NCBI GenBank assembly: GCA_964019335.1
Contig: OZ025696.1
Location: 62,001 to 126,000 of the forward strand
Direction: 5' to 3'
From: Diplonema japonicum
Lineage: Eukaryota > Protista > Euglenozoa: Diplonemea
DNA: 64,000 nucleotides
Shown here piece by piece: positions 33,723 through 43,877 of this stretch. Numbering within the stretch: the stretch's first letter is position 1; every line of letters starts with the position of its first letter. The notes below the pieces were generated by a model. It was not told where the DNA came from, ran no database searches, and saw only the letters and a program-made list of their open reading frames with translations. The position numbers were made by a program, and so were the translations under genes.

Positions 33723-36548
33723 TTATTCTTTTTTCTTTTGTGGTTCTTCCACAACAGCTTTTCCTTCCTTGATGAGGACTTGTAATGCGTCGTTGTGTTT
33801 GTTTGCAGTCGCCCTGCTAACCGGGGAAGAACCCTGGTTGCTTTTCTTGTTCACATCGGCTTTTCCTTCCTTGATGAGGATTCGCAATGAAATGGCCTTT
33901 CCGTTTTCTGCAGCTATGTAACACGGGGTACAACCGTTCTTGTTTGCCTTGTTCACATCGGCCTTTCCTTCCTTGACGAGGACACGCAGTGCGTTAGACC
34001 TTCCGTTTTGAGCCGCTATGTAACAAGGGGTAACATCATTCTTGCCGCTTTTGTTAACATCGGCCTTTCCTTCCGTGATTAGGACACGCAATGCGTCGGC
34101 ATGTCCGTTTTGAGCCGCCACGTAGCACGGAGTAGCATTGGTGTCACTTGCCGCGTTCACATCAGCCTTTCCTTCCGTGATGATGATGCGTAATGCGTCG
34201 GTATGTCCATTCTGAGCCGCTTTGTAACAAGGAGTAGCCTTGTCGTTCTTGGCCTTGTTCACATCTGCCTTTCCTTCATTGATGAGAATTCGTAATGCGT
34301 TGGTGTGTCCATTCTGAGCCGCCATTAAACACGGGGTGGCACCACCCTTGTTGGCCGTGTCCACATTGGCTTTTCCTTCTAAGATGAGGACACGCAATGA
34401 GTCGGTGTGTCCAGTTTCAGCCGCCATCAAACACGGGGTAGAACCGTTGGTTATGGGCTTGTTCACATCGGCCTTTCCTTCCTTGATGAGGTCGTGCAAT
34501 ATGTCAGCATGTCCATTCTGAGCCGCTATGTAACAAGGGGTACAACTGTTCTTGTTGCCCTTGTTTACATCGGCCTTTCCTTCCTTGATGAGGACGCGCA
34601 ATGCGTCAGTATGTCCGTTTTGAGATGCCTTGTAACACGGGGTAATACCAGAGTTGCTGGCCTTGTTCACATCGGCCTTTCCTTCCTTGATGAGGATGCG
34701 CAAGGCGTCTGCGGAGTCGTGTTCAGCGGCGACAGAGCACGCAGTTTCACCATACACATCCGCCGTGTCCACCGATAGCTTGCCACAGAGGAGTACATCC
34801 TTCTTCAGAAGGTCAGCACGATTCCTTGCGGCCGCTGCGTGCAGCACTGTCCACCCTTTCCGCGGTCCCTCTTCCTTGTTCGCTCCCCAGAAGGTGTTGC
34901 CAAGGGTGTGCATCACCTTGTCAAACACAGCCCGCTTGCAAGCACACGCAATCAGCCCGACACCTACCGTGTGCAGCTCCTTTGGTACCCCCGCAAGGTC
35001 GGCTCCCTTGCTCAGCAGCACCGCCGCGCTGTTGTCGTGGCTCCCTTCCTTGTTCAACCGCAACACTGCCGCAAGCGAAGCGTTCAGAGCCTCCGAGTGA
35101 CCCGTGGGCGCCAGGTTGGCACAGCACAGCGACACCACCTGCTCGTTGTGCTCCAACTCAGCCGCCTCCTGCAGTAGCGTCTTGCCGTCCACAACTGGCA
35201 TTCCCGTGCTGAGAGGGAAAGACACAAACCTTCCCTCGCGCGTCACCGGGTGGAGCTCGAAGCGTTTATCCACCGTGAGCTTCTTCTTGATCGTGTCGAG
35301 CAGCTTCGCGTTGCGCACCCGCTCCACTTGTGTCATCACATCCGCAAGCCTGCCCCAGTGATTGAAGTCGATCTCCTGCAGCTCCACCACCACCACGCGA
35401 CGCATGCTTGTGTCGAGAGCCACCTCCAGCAGACGCATCACACCGACGTCAGGGCGCCCCACCACACGGAACTGGGTGTTCGCCGCGATCAGAACCTCCT
35501 TCTCCTCGGGGAAGCGACTGAACCGAGCGATGCTCCGTCCCGTCAGCACCCGCAGCACGAGGATCGTCCCCTGCACCTCGTTGTCGTCGCCCTGCGTCCC
35601 CAGGAAGTCCTTCACCACCTCAGGGTTCTCACTTGCGCTCGTGGGGTGCGGCATCGTCACCACCGCCCCCACAGAGTACAGCGACTCGCTCACCCGGAAG
35701 TCCATTGCACGGAACACGGTCCCCTCGTACTTCGGCTGCGACATCATTGCTCGGTGCAGGGAATAGGCGAAGTCCTTCATCGGCTCGTAGCTCTGTCGCT
35801 GTCCACGGAAAGCCACCTCACGCATCGCCGCGTTCACCCCGTAGCACAAGGGGCTCTCCAGCGTGTAGAGACGAAGGTACGGCTCGGTGGCCCCTTCCAC
35901 CTGCTTCACCGCCCACTCCGCAGTCATCTTCTTGAATGCCCCACCAGCACTCCGCTGCTCCGGCTTCAGCTTCCCGCACTTCGCAAGATGACGCTCCTTG
36001 CTCCCCGCATTCAGCGCAATCCCACACGCGGTGCACGTCACGTATCCCTCGCACTCCTTCCCCATCGCAGCCTCCACCGTCATCAACATCGGCTTTGCAC
36101 ACGACGCACCACTCTCGAAGAACTCGTTCCACCCGCGGTCCACGTCGATCTCGCGCACCCCGTCGCTGTACCGGCTCACCACTCCCTTGTCCTCGGGCAT
36201 CACTCCTCCTCCATTCACCTTGAACGCCTTCACCGCCTGCTGAAGCTCTTTACGCGCCTCCGACACCAGCGATGACACGCAGTCTCCCGCACCACGCTCC
36301 TTGCTGCGCTTCAGGAACTTCTGCATCATAGCAATCACATTGTGACACAGTGCGTCGTGCCACTTCCCCAGTGCCGTGTCCAGTTCCACCTTCAGCTCCT
36401 TTTTTCGTTTCTCTGGCGTGGCGGCGCCGCCCGTGAACTTTCCACGCAGCTGCTCCACTGCTTCCCAAGCTACTTCTACAGCCCTCTCTGCTGGAGGAGG
36501 CGACGTCAGGGACTTCACAGCCTGCACACCTGATCCTGCTGTTGTCAT
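33723..36548 (-). CDS. Zn-finger + ADP-ribosyltransferase + 11 ankyrin repeats (941 aa), copy 2
   Basis: Near-identical to copy 1 over ~2.5 kb (offset 5795), then diverges in the distal repeats. Confidence 0.88.
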   Translation of the reverse strand: MTTAGSGVQAVKSLTSPPPAERAVEVAWEAVEQLRGKFTGGAATPEKRKKELKVELDTALGKWHDALCHNVIAMMQKFLKRSKERGAGDCVSSLVSEARKELQQAVKAFKVNGGGVMPEDKGVVSRYSDGVREIDVDRGWNEFFESGASCAKPMLMTVEAAMGKECEGYVTCTACGIALNAGSKERHLAKCGKLKPEQRSAGGAFKKMTAEWAVKQVEGATEPYLRLYTLESPLCYGVNAAMREVAFRGQRQSYEPMKDFAYSLHRAMMSQPKYEGTVFRAMDFRVSESLYSVGAVVTMPHPTSASENPEVVKDFLGTQGDDNEVQGTILVLRVLTGRSIARFSRFPEEKEVLIAANTQFRVVGRPDVGVMRLLEVALDTSMRRVVVVELQEIDFNHWGRLADVMTQVERVRNAKLLDTIKKKLTVDKRFELHPVTREGRFVSFPLSTGMPVVDGKTLLQEAAELEHNEQVVSLCCANLAPTGHSEALNASLAAVLRLNKEGSHDNSAAVLLSKGADLAGVPKELHTVGVGLIACACKRAVFDKVMHTLGNTFWGANKEEGPRKGWTVLHAAAARNRADLLKKDVLLCGKLSVDTADVYGETACSVAAEHDSADALRILIKEGKADVNKASNSGITPCYKASQNGHTDALRVLIKEGKADVNKGNKNSCTPCYIAAQNGHADILHDLIKEGKADVNKPITNGSTPCLMAAETGHTDSLRVLILEGKANVDTANKGGATPCLMAAQNGHTNALRILINEGKADVNKAKNDKATPCYKAAQNGHTDALRIIITEGKADVNAASDTNATPCYVAAQNGHADALRVLITEGKADVNKSGKNDVTPCYIAAQNGRSNALRVLVKEGKADVNKANKNGCTPCYIAAENGKAISLRILIKEGKADVNKKSNQGSSPVSRATANKHNDALQVLIKEGKAVVEEPQKKKE

Positions 36549-36880
36549 GGTTTTTTTTTCTTTTCTTGTTTGCAAGTAGGAAATCTGTGCGGAGTGTATG
36601 TTATGAATCATGTGAACAAACAAACTGAAGAAATAGAAAATACTGTGCTAGCAAATGCTGAACAGGAGAAAGAGGGAGAGAGGAGGATAATTCTTGTTGA
36701 AAACGGGGCAGGGACGACCACCCAAACCCAGCCTTATTTCACTTTCTTTTGCGCCACTGTGTAAACAGAATCAGGGAAAAGAGAAAAAGAAGAAGATGCA
36801 ATGGTGCCTCTAGCTGACCTTTGTTCGTATCTTCTACTCTTTGCGGTAATCCTCTTTTATTGGCGTGGTCGCGGCCGCTC

Positions 36881-37030
36881 TTTTTCTCGTGTCTCCGGCG
36901 GCGCTACTCGTGAACTGTCCACGCAGCTGCTCCCGCTTCCCACGCCATTTCTAAAGCTCTCACTGTTGGAGGCGACGTCAGTGTGTCATGGTTTTCTTTT
37001 TTCATTCTTTTTTGCAAGTAAGAAATCTGA
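36881..37030 (-). pseudogene. Decayed 5' fragment of a third ART-ankyrin copy
   Basis: Aligns with indels to ~36400-36590 (gtgaact.tccacgcagctgctcc, ggaggcgacgtcag, gtcatggtttt, tgcaagta.gaaatctg). Confidence 0.65.
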
Positions 37031-37140
37031 ACAAGCGACCAACCTCGAAAAAAAAGATCAACTGGCCTTGCAGCTGTTTAGAAAAAAAACACTGGAGGGG
37101 GAGGGGGGGGTCTAAAAAAGGATAGAAGCAAGAAAAAAAA

Positions 37141-37270
37141 ATATATATGAGTTAAAGGAAGTCTTTGTGAGACGCCCCCTTGTTCTCATCTTCTACCTGC
37201 ACCTATCCCCTTTCAGCAGCGGTTTCTCCTTCTTCGGTGGTCGTGCCGGCCTCCTCCCCAGCTGGGCTAC
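37141..37270 (-). mobile_element. Short 3' fragment of LINE subfamily A
   Basis: Near-identical to 9706-9790, then diverging. Begins ~27 bp downstream of the 37297 stop codon. Confidence 0.85.
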
Positions 37271-37296
37271 TTAAAAAAACCACCTCTCTTATAAAT

Positions 37297-38055
37297 CTAG
37301 CGCCCACCACGCAGCTTGTCGAGCATCGCCTCGATATCTCGCTCGCTTATACCACGGAAACGGTGCTTGGAGGACGCGTTAGGGTTGGGGCCCAACGTAG
37401 TCATCATCCGTTCGAAGAGCTCATCATCGCACCACTTTGCCAAGTGCTCGAGGGTCAATGCGCTTACAACTGCAGATGTTACATGGCGGGGTTGGCTCCG
37501 AAGCGGCTCAAACAACGCCAATGCTGTCAGCATCCTGTCAACACACTGGGAACGGCAGGCAACAGAAAGGCTTTTGAGACTATCCCCGTGCTCGGTGGTC
37601 AGGTCCTTGTAAGGGATCCTCAACACATCACCAAGCCGGTCAGCCACAGACACATTAAAATCAATCTCAGCCTCGACCTGTGCCAGGCCTTTGCACTTCT
37701 CCTTTACCTTATCAATAGTCATCTCAGACGAGTCGCCGTGAAGCTTCATGAGGTCCTTGTTCTCGATTGCAGCGGTTTTGCTTAGATACACGTTCTTTCG
37801 CAGGGTTTTCTCGGCGAGCTTCACCTGCACCATGACTTCTTCCCACGGCTCGCTCTCGCCTTCTACGAGCTTCATCATCAACCAGTTCAGGAAGTAGGGG
37901 AGTATCGCAAGCCCGACCATCAGCAGCACGCCGACCTCTTTGTTCTCAGTCAGGTACTCCACGGAGTTCTCGCCAAACAGCATCTTCACCATGGACGGCA
38001 GGCTCAGCGGGTGGTCGTCGTGGTGGTCTGCATGGTCGTCATCGAAGTATGACAT
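37297..38055 (-). CDS. Hypothetical single-TM protein with His/Asp-rich N-terminus (252 aa)
   Basis: Coding-like composition; DDDHADHHDDH; TM VGVLLMVGLAILPYFLNWLMM. No family recognised. Confidence 0.7.
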   Translation of the reverse strand: MSYFDDDHADHHDDHPLSLPSMVKMLFGENSVEYLTENKEVGVLLMVGLAILPYFLNWLMMKLVEGESEPWEEVMVQVKLAEKTLRKNVYLSKTAAIENKDLMKLHGDSSEMTIDKVKEKCKGLAQVEAEIDFNVSVADRLGDVLRIPYKDLTTEHGDSLKSLSVACRSQCVDRMLTALALFEPLRSQPRHVTSAVVSALTLEHLAKWCDDELFERMMTTLGPNPNASSKHRFRGISERDIEAMLDKLRGGR

Positions 38056-38358
38056 TTGCTGAAGAGGGCTGAGGGGGCTGGGGATATAATATACTGCACT
38101 AAAGCGAAACGAAATGAAAAAGAAAGGTGTTTAAGGGCAAATATCACATGCGACGCTAACTGGCGCCACGTGTAGGGTGGGCTCTCCACCCCCGTCCAGG
38201 TTTCCCCACGTGTACGGCTTAAGAACGAGAGTTTCCATTTCGCTTGTGTCTCCCCTCCCGCAATTAGTTACCAGGAACCTCCACAAGGATGTTGAACGTG
38301 TGTATCCAAAAAGAAAAAGAGAGAAAAGAACCCTTTCCTTGTAAAAAGAAAGCGCTTT

Positions 38359-40047
38359 TCAGGATATGACCAACGTATCTTCCGCTGGAGGCCCCTGCTT
38401 GACGAGGGCCCGTATGATCTCTGTTGCCGGGGTGCTTTCAGTGAAATGAAGCGCCTTGCCCAGCAGGTACTGCATCCCAAGGGTATTGTAAGCTTGGAAC
38501 TGAGCCACCCCGGGGTACGGCTCGTACATCCACTCTTCATCGTCAGGGGTAACCTCAGGTGTGACGCTGAAGAGAAAAACGTGTGCAATGCGGCCTCGTG
38601 GGCTTTCCTTGTACACCCACCGCCGAAGGAGGATCTGCGTTGTGTACAGCTTCTCTGCTACATACTGTACCTCGGCAGTGCACAGTAGTTTTCTTTCGAT
38701 CTCCCTACATACCCGTTCCACTGCATACGTCACGCCAAGTAGGTCCCCCACAATGCTGAACTTCCTCATGGTCGCCGTCCCGAGGTCCCCGCAGTGCGCC
38801 ACACCACTGCAAACTGCTGCTGTCGTGCCCTCCGCCACCTTCGCATGATTCATCACCGCAAACCGCATGCCAGCTAGTTCATGCTCCGGACAAGGCTGTG
38901 CCGCGTTGAAGGACAGAGCTAGTTTGTTACCTGTGAATGTGTCGAGGATCCCCCTGCACTCCTTCGCCGCCTTCACCACCCCCTCCACTATTTCGCTGTG
39001 GCGAGTTTGGTAGTGACCCTTGTCGTCCTGAGGCAGGTCGACGTTGATCACGCACAGTGTAGTGATGCACCTTTTCAGAATCTTTTTGTATTTCGTCTTT
39101 TGTACTGAATTTATAGCATTGGGGCATGGCTTGGAAGAGGTGGTCGCAAGCGAGCCTCCTATCTTGGACCTCATTGAGGAGAGTGACGACATCGTTTTGG
39201 AGGTGTTTGAACTGTCGCTATGGACGAAGCACGACATCGGGAGATACGGCCGGTAGTTGTGAAGGTTGTGGACAAGCACAAGGAGCAGACGCTTCAGCTC
39301 GTCTGGGAGGTTGTTCTCCTTGTACAAATGCGATGTCGCCATGTCCAGGTTGAAGTCAGCCATGCACTGCGCCACCTCATGCGTCGTGATGATTGCCGCT
39401 TCCACTTTCCTCTGTTCGCTGTCCACCTTCATCGCAAACCCTCTTGTGAAGTACAGGTCAAATATAAATACGTTTATCTGAATGAGGCTGGAAGTAAGAG
39501 ACCTATTCAAATCTTTTTTGCAAGGAAGGTGATCACAGTCACAGAAGTTCTTCTTCCTGTCTTCATACAAAGGTACCTCGGAGAGGTCATAGAACCCAAA
39601 GCGAAATGAGTCCTCAATACTGAGAAAGAAAAGCCACAGGCAGGCAGTGATGACAACTACTATTGTGGCGTACTGCCTGCCCTTCATCACCAGAAGGCAG
39701 TCAATGAGCACTACGAAACAGGGCCATGCTCGTGCTGTGCCATCGAGGATGCTGTAGTAGTCTGTGACCAAGATGGGGACAATCAACGAGATGGCGCAGA
39801 ACTCGACCAAAAGGTCAGGCGCGCGCTTCGTGACCACCAGTGTGGTAAACATGATGCCACAGCTGATGATTGTCCACACGATAACCGCGAGAATTGCATC
39901 GTGTTGTGGCACGAAGCAGGCTATTGTGCTAGCTATCAAGGAAACCGAAGTCGCCAACGACAGCAGTTTCTTGCGTAAAACCTGTACAGAGTCATCGTCG
40001 GACCTGATCAGGTACCTCCAGAGTGCTTCGTAACAGCAGCACTTCAT
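38359..40047 (-). CDS. Multi-TM receptor-like protein with degenerate class III cyclase domain, paralog 1 (562 aa)
   Basis: About six TM helices, CDCDHLPC loop, NL.NYRPYLP linker, RGILDTFTGNKLALSFNA, AVCSG...GDLG...KFSIVG. Confidence 0.85.
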   Translation of the reverse strand: MKCCCYEALWRYLIRSDDDSVQVLRKKLLSLATSVSLIASTIACFVPQHDAILAVIVWTIISCGIMFTTLVVTKRAPDLLVEFCAISLIVPILVTDYYSILDGTARAWPCFVVLIDCLLVMKGRQYATIVVVITACLWLFFLSIEDSFRFGFYDLSEVPLYEDRKKNFCDCDHLPCKKDLNRSLTSSLIQINVFIFDLYFTRGFAMKVDSEQRKVEAAIITTHEVAQCMADFNLDMATSHLYKENNLPDELKRLLLVLVHNLHNYRPYLPMSCFVHSDSSNTSKTMSSLSSMRSKIGGSLATTSSKPCPNAINSVQKTKYKKILKRCITTLCVINVDLPQDDKGHYQTRHSEIVEGVVKAAKECRGILDTFTGNKLALSFNAAQPCPEHELAGMRFAVMNHAKVAEGTTAAVCSGVAHCGDLGTATMRKFSIVGDLLGVTYAVERVCREIERKLLCTAEVQYVAEKLYTTQILLRRWVYKESPRGRIAHVFLFSVTPEVTPDDEEWMYEPYPGVAQFQAYNTLGMQYLLGKALHFTESTPATEIIRALVKQGPPAEDTLVIS

Positions 40048-40154
40048 TTACCCGTCCTTTTGAAAATGTGGCGAGGGGTGAAAAAAGAAATCAAAATAAA
40101 CAATGCAAACAAGGCAAGGCTATCCCTTGGTAAAGGGATAAAAAGAAAATAACA

Positions 40155-40470
40155 TAAAAGGAAAAAGGATGCCAGTGTTGGTCTGTCTACTTGATTACAG
40201 GGGGCGCACCTCGGCCGAGTTATAGCTTATTCTGTATTCCGGTGTGCAGCTCAGCCCCAGCCGGAGCGCCCCGTGCTCTTGCAGTTGGCTGCCTCATACA
40301 CCACCTACATCTCTCTCCCTTCAACAGCGGTTTCTCCTTCTTCTGTAGTCTTGCCTGCTTCCCCAGCTTGGCTGCTGTTCCCTTCCTCCTGCTCCACCGC
40401 TCGATCACCGCCACGTCCCCCCCCGATGGATCGCAGCAACGTATGTTACCAGGTGTCCCTAAACCTGCCA
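40155..40470 (-). mobile_element. Composite retroelement remnant: LINE ORF C-terminus joined to the SINE 3' half
   Basis: 40300-40400 encodes AAKLGKQARLQKKEKPLLKGERCR; 40155-40294 aligns to the SINE body and tail. Confidence 0.7.
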
Positions 40471-40552
40471 AAATAAATAATAATACATAGCCAGTTCAGG
40501 ACTACATGGCTGTGCTTAAGATCTTCTTGTACAGTATTCTTTTGGATCATTC

Positions 40553-42202
40553 CTAGATTTCGAAACAAACACGTTCAGGGGGAACCTTTTCAGCAATGGC
40601 CCTGCTGAGCAGTTCTACCTCAGCAGAAGAGCTTGCATCCTTAATGTTCAAGTCACCATGTCCAAGCAAGTACCGCTTCCCTATGGCGTTGTACTCCTCA
40701 TACATCCTTGCGGCTTCATCTATCTGGTACACCCATTCCGACTCATCTGCTTCATCGGGAACCGATGGTGTCACACAGTACAGATACACTCGTGTAAATT
40801 CAGAATTATCATCCATCTCACTTTTGAACAGCCACTCCTGAAGAACGAGTCGTGTCTGATATATGTGTTCCACTTCCCTTTGAGCTGTTTCGTTACAAAG
40901 CAACGTGAAATCCATCTTCCTGCACACCCGTTCCATGGCATACGTCAAGCCAAGGAGGTCCCCGATGATGCTGAACTTCCTTAAGGTCGCTGTCCCGAGA
41001 TCACCACAGTGAACCACACCGCTGCAAACTGCTGCTGTGCCCTCTCCCACAACTAAGAGACAGAGGACGGTGCACTTCATACACGACAGAGCATGCTGCG
41101 AGCAAGCCTGTGCTGCATTGAAGGACAGGATCAGCTTGTTTCCAACAAAGGTGTCGAGGATCCCCCTGCACTCCGTTGCCATTCTCACCACCTCCTCCAC
41201 CATCTCTCCGTGGCGTGCTTGGTACTGTGTTTTGTTAGTCTGTGATATCTGAACGTTGATCAGACACAGTGATGCTACGCACTTGCTCAGCGCTTTCTTC
41301 CTTGTTAGGGAAGAGGAATCTGTGAAATTACGCCGGACGGCAACAGTATGCTCAGATGAAAGACTGCATTGGTTGGGAACGAAGCAGGACATGGGGAGGT
41401 AGGGGCGGTAGTTCCGAAGGTTGCTGACCAGCACAAGCAGCACGCCCTTCAGTTCACCGGGGATGCTGTTCTCTTTATCCAGATGCTCAGAAGCAGTATC
41501 AAGGTCGAAGTCAGCCATGCACTGCGCCACCTCATGCGTGGTGGCGATGGCTGCTTCAACCTTCCGCTGCTCTGACAAGGCCTTAGTCGCAAACCCTCTT
41601 GTGAAGTAGAAGTCGAAAAGGAAAGCGCACAGCTGCAGGCCATAATTCCCGAAAGCAACACTCGCGCTTTTCTTGCAAGGCAGATGATCACAATCGCAAA
41701 GGTTCGTCTTCCTAGTCTCGTGCGAAGTTGTGAAGCTAAGGTCATAGAACCCAAAGCGAAGCATATCCTCAATACTGAGAAAGAAAAGCCACAGGCAGGC
41801 AGTGATGACAACTACTATTGTGGCGTACTGCCTGCCCTTCATCACCAGAAGGCAGTCAATGAGCACTACGAAACAGGGCCATGCTCGTGCTGTGCCATCG
41901 AGGATGCTGTAGTAATCTGAAACGAGGGTGGGAACCAAGAAAGTAATAGCGGTGAACTCGACCAAATAGTCTGGCGCACGCTTTGTGATTAACAGAACAG
42001 AAAGAACAATGAGGCCACTCAGCATGCTCCACAAGATCATTAAAGTAAGCACCATATTCTTGTTGAATATCATTACTACACAGCAAATGATCACTGTCAC
42101 AATGGACGACAAGCTCAAGAGCTTCTTGCGAAGGATCTGAAGCGAACTGTCATCAGGGCGTATGAGGTACCGCCACAACGATTCAGAACACCTGCAAGCC
42201 AT
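40553..42202 (-). CDS. Multi-TM degenerate cyclase, paralog 2 (549 aa)
   Basis: Same architecture as paralog 1; first ATG at 42202. Confidence 0.85.
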   Translation of the reverse strand: MACRCSESLWRYLIRPDDSSLQILRKKLLSLSSIVTVIICCVVMIFNKNMVLTLMILWSMLSGLIVLSVLLITKRAPDYLVEFTAITFLVPTLVSDYYSILDGTARAWPCFVVLIDCLLVMKGRQYATIVVVITACLWLFFLSIEDMLRFGFYDLSFTTSHETRKTNLCDCDHLPCKKSASVAFGNYGLQLCAFLFDFYFTRGFATKALSEQRKVEAAIATTHEVAQCMADFDLDTASEHLDKENSIPGELKGVLLVLVSNLRNYRPYLPMSCFVPNQCSLSSEHTVAVRRNFTDSSSLTRKKALSKCVASLCLINVQISQTNKTQYQARHGEMVEEVVRMATECRGILDTFVGNKLILSFNAAQACSQHALSCMKCTVLCLLVVGEGTAAVCSGVVHCGDLGTATLRKFSIIGDLLGLTYAMERVCRKMDFTLLCNETAQREVEHIYQTRLVLQEWLFKSEMDDNSEFTRVYLYCVTPSVPDEADESEWVYQIDEAARMYEEYNAIGKRYLLGHGDLNIKDASSSAEVELLSRAIAEKVPPERVCFEI

Positions 42203-42236
42203 CACTCACCTGTAAGAAATACTGCATTGTACTTAA

Positions 42237-43809
42237 CTCATAAAGGACCGGAGCTGAATATTCAGCTAAAAAAGATTTTTTAAATTCTGCTAAGGCATTT
42301 TAGTGCTCTGCATGCCCACTCTTTAAAGAGGGGCCTTATTGCGCGACTTTTTTTATACTGAACGCCTAAATCGCCCGTAAATCTTTGCATCCAAACTGCA
42401 AGGGGAGAGGAAAAATAGTGGCACAGACATTGTTTTTTTTACACCCCATAAGGAGTAGTGCCGAAAGCACTTCTGAAGAAGGGTCAGTGTCACCGGATGA
42501 TGAGGATATCCCGGATATGGAATGGGATGACAAAATCGAGAAGGTGGGGAGGAAAATATTTCGCAAGGTACAGGTCCAAGTGTACCAGTAGTGGGTCTCA
42601 ACGGGCTGGAGGTTTTTCCTTTGTTTTTGATAGGGCGGCCCTCCAGCAGGGGGTTTGTCCTGTACTTTTGAGTTGTTTTTCACTCCTGCGGCTCTACAAG
42701 GCTATCGTGGGGTGGGCAGCAAGCCATTCGAGTGGTGTAGAGGCGGCGCAATCTTATAAATCTTGTGGTTCCTTCTTGGTCATCCCTGTATGTACCCAAG
42801 CGAAACCTTGCTGTAGATGAACCATCAAATGCTGTAGAAGCGTGTCGGGTTCATTGTTTATGAGTCGAAGAAGAGGAAGCGTTATGGGTTCAAAATGCAA
42901 ATCAGACACCGGTTACACTCCAAACATGATTGTTTGTACCGGCGCGGGCACCCGGGGGAAAGAGGCAGAGCTGCTCACCGAATATCAGCACCAGAATTAC
43001 TGGATTGTCTTGACAACTGCTTTCGCTTGTCCCATTGTTGATACGGATTTACAATGCGGATTTCCACTGCATGGGGACCATCAGGAAAACCCGGAAATTG
43101 CTCCCAGAATACCCATTCAGTGTCAGCAAGTGTGTGGCAAAGAAATCTTGTCAAACAACATCATCGCAAAAGGGTGGCACCCACATCAAGTGTTCCCCGC
43201 CGGAGCCGAAGATACCTACCCCTCAGGGTGCACCTTCACGTACCAAGGGTGCGCCTTCAATGTGTCCTGAAAAGACGCAAAAGGCACGGAATTGCACTGT
43301 GTGCAACAAATTAGAGAAAAAACGACCAGACCATGTTCTCGTGCAGAGATTGCAACGCAGCAATGTGCCCTGTGCCCTGTTTCGAATTTTTTCACATTAA
43401 CGACACCTTAAAAAACCACCTGAAAACCTCTTGAAAACCACTTGAAAATAGAAATACGTTTAAATTGGACAAGTCGCATATCTGCGGCACCTCAGACCTT
43501 GTGTTCAAAGAACGGCCATAAGTGGTGAAAAAAGAATAACCAGCCCACCCTGCACGCTGCTTGCCGAAACCATGGAACCTCTGGATAGCATGTGCCCTTT
43601 GCAAGAGGTTGTTTCTCTCAAATGCTGCTCTACCACCAAAGTTTGGGCGCGTCTGGGCTGAAATGCAGGCCGCTTCGCGCTCCAGAAATGGGGTAGTGAA
43701 AATAATATAGGTACACACCCTCTAACTCCACCCTCGCCATTTTATTTTGGTATTTGAACGAAAAGTTCAAAATCGACTTTTTAGACGAAAAATAGCGGTC
43801 CTTTATGGG
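42237..43809 (+). mobile_element. piggyBac-superfamily transposon, family 2, decayed/internally deleted (1573 bp)
   Basis: 14-bp TIRs CTCATAAAGGACCG / CGGTCCTTTATGGG (1 mismatch); TTAA at 42233-42236 and 43810-43813. Frameshifted Cys-rich C-terminus RNCTVC...MFSCRDCNAAMCPVPCFEFFH (~43285-43395). Empty site at 50517-50520. Confidence 0.93.
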
Positions 43810-43877
43810 TTAAGAAACATGACATTTAAGATGCATCTCAAAAAAGCTGCCTGTAAAGACAGCCCACTACAATCCCA

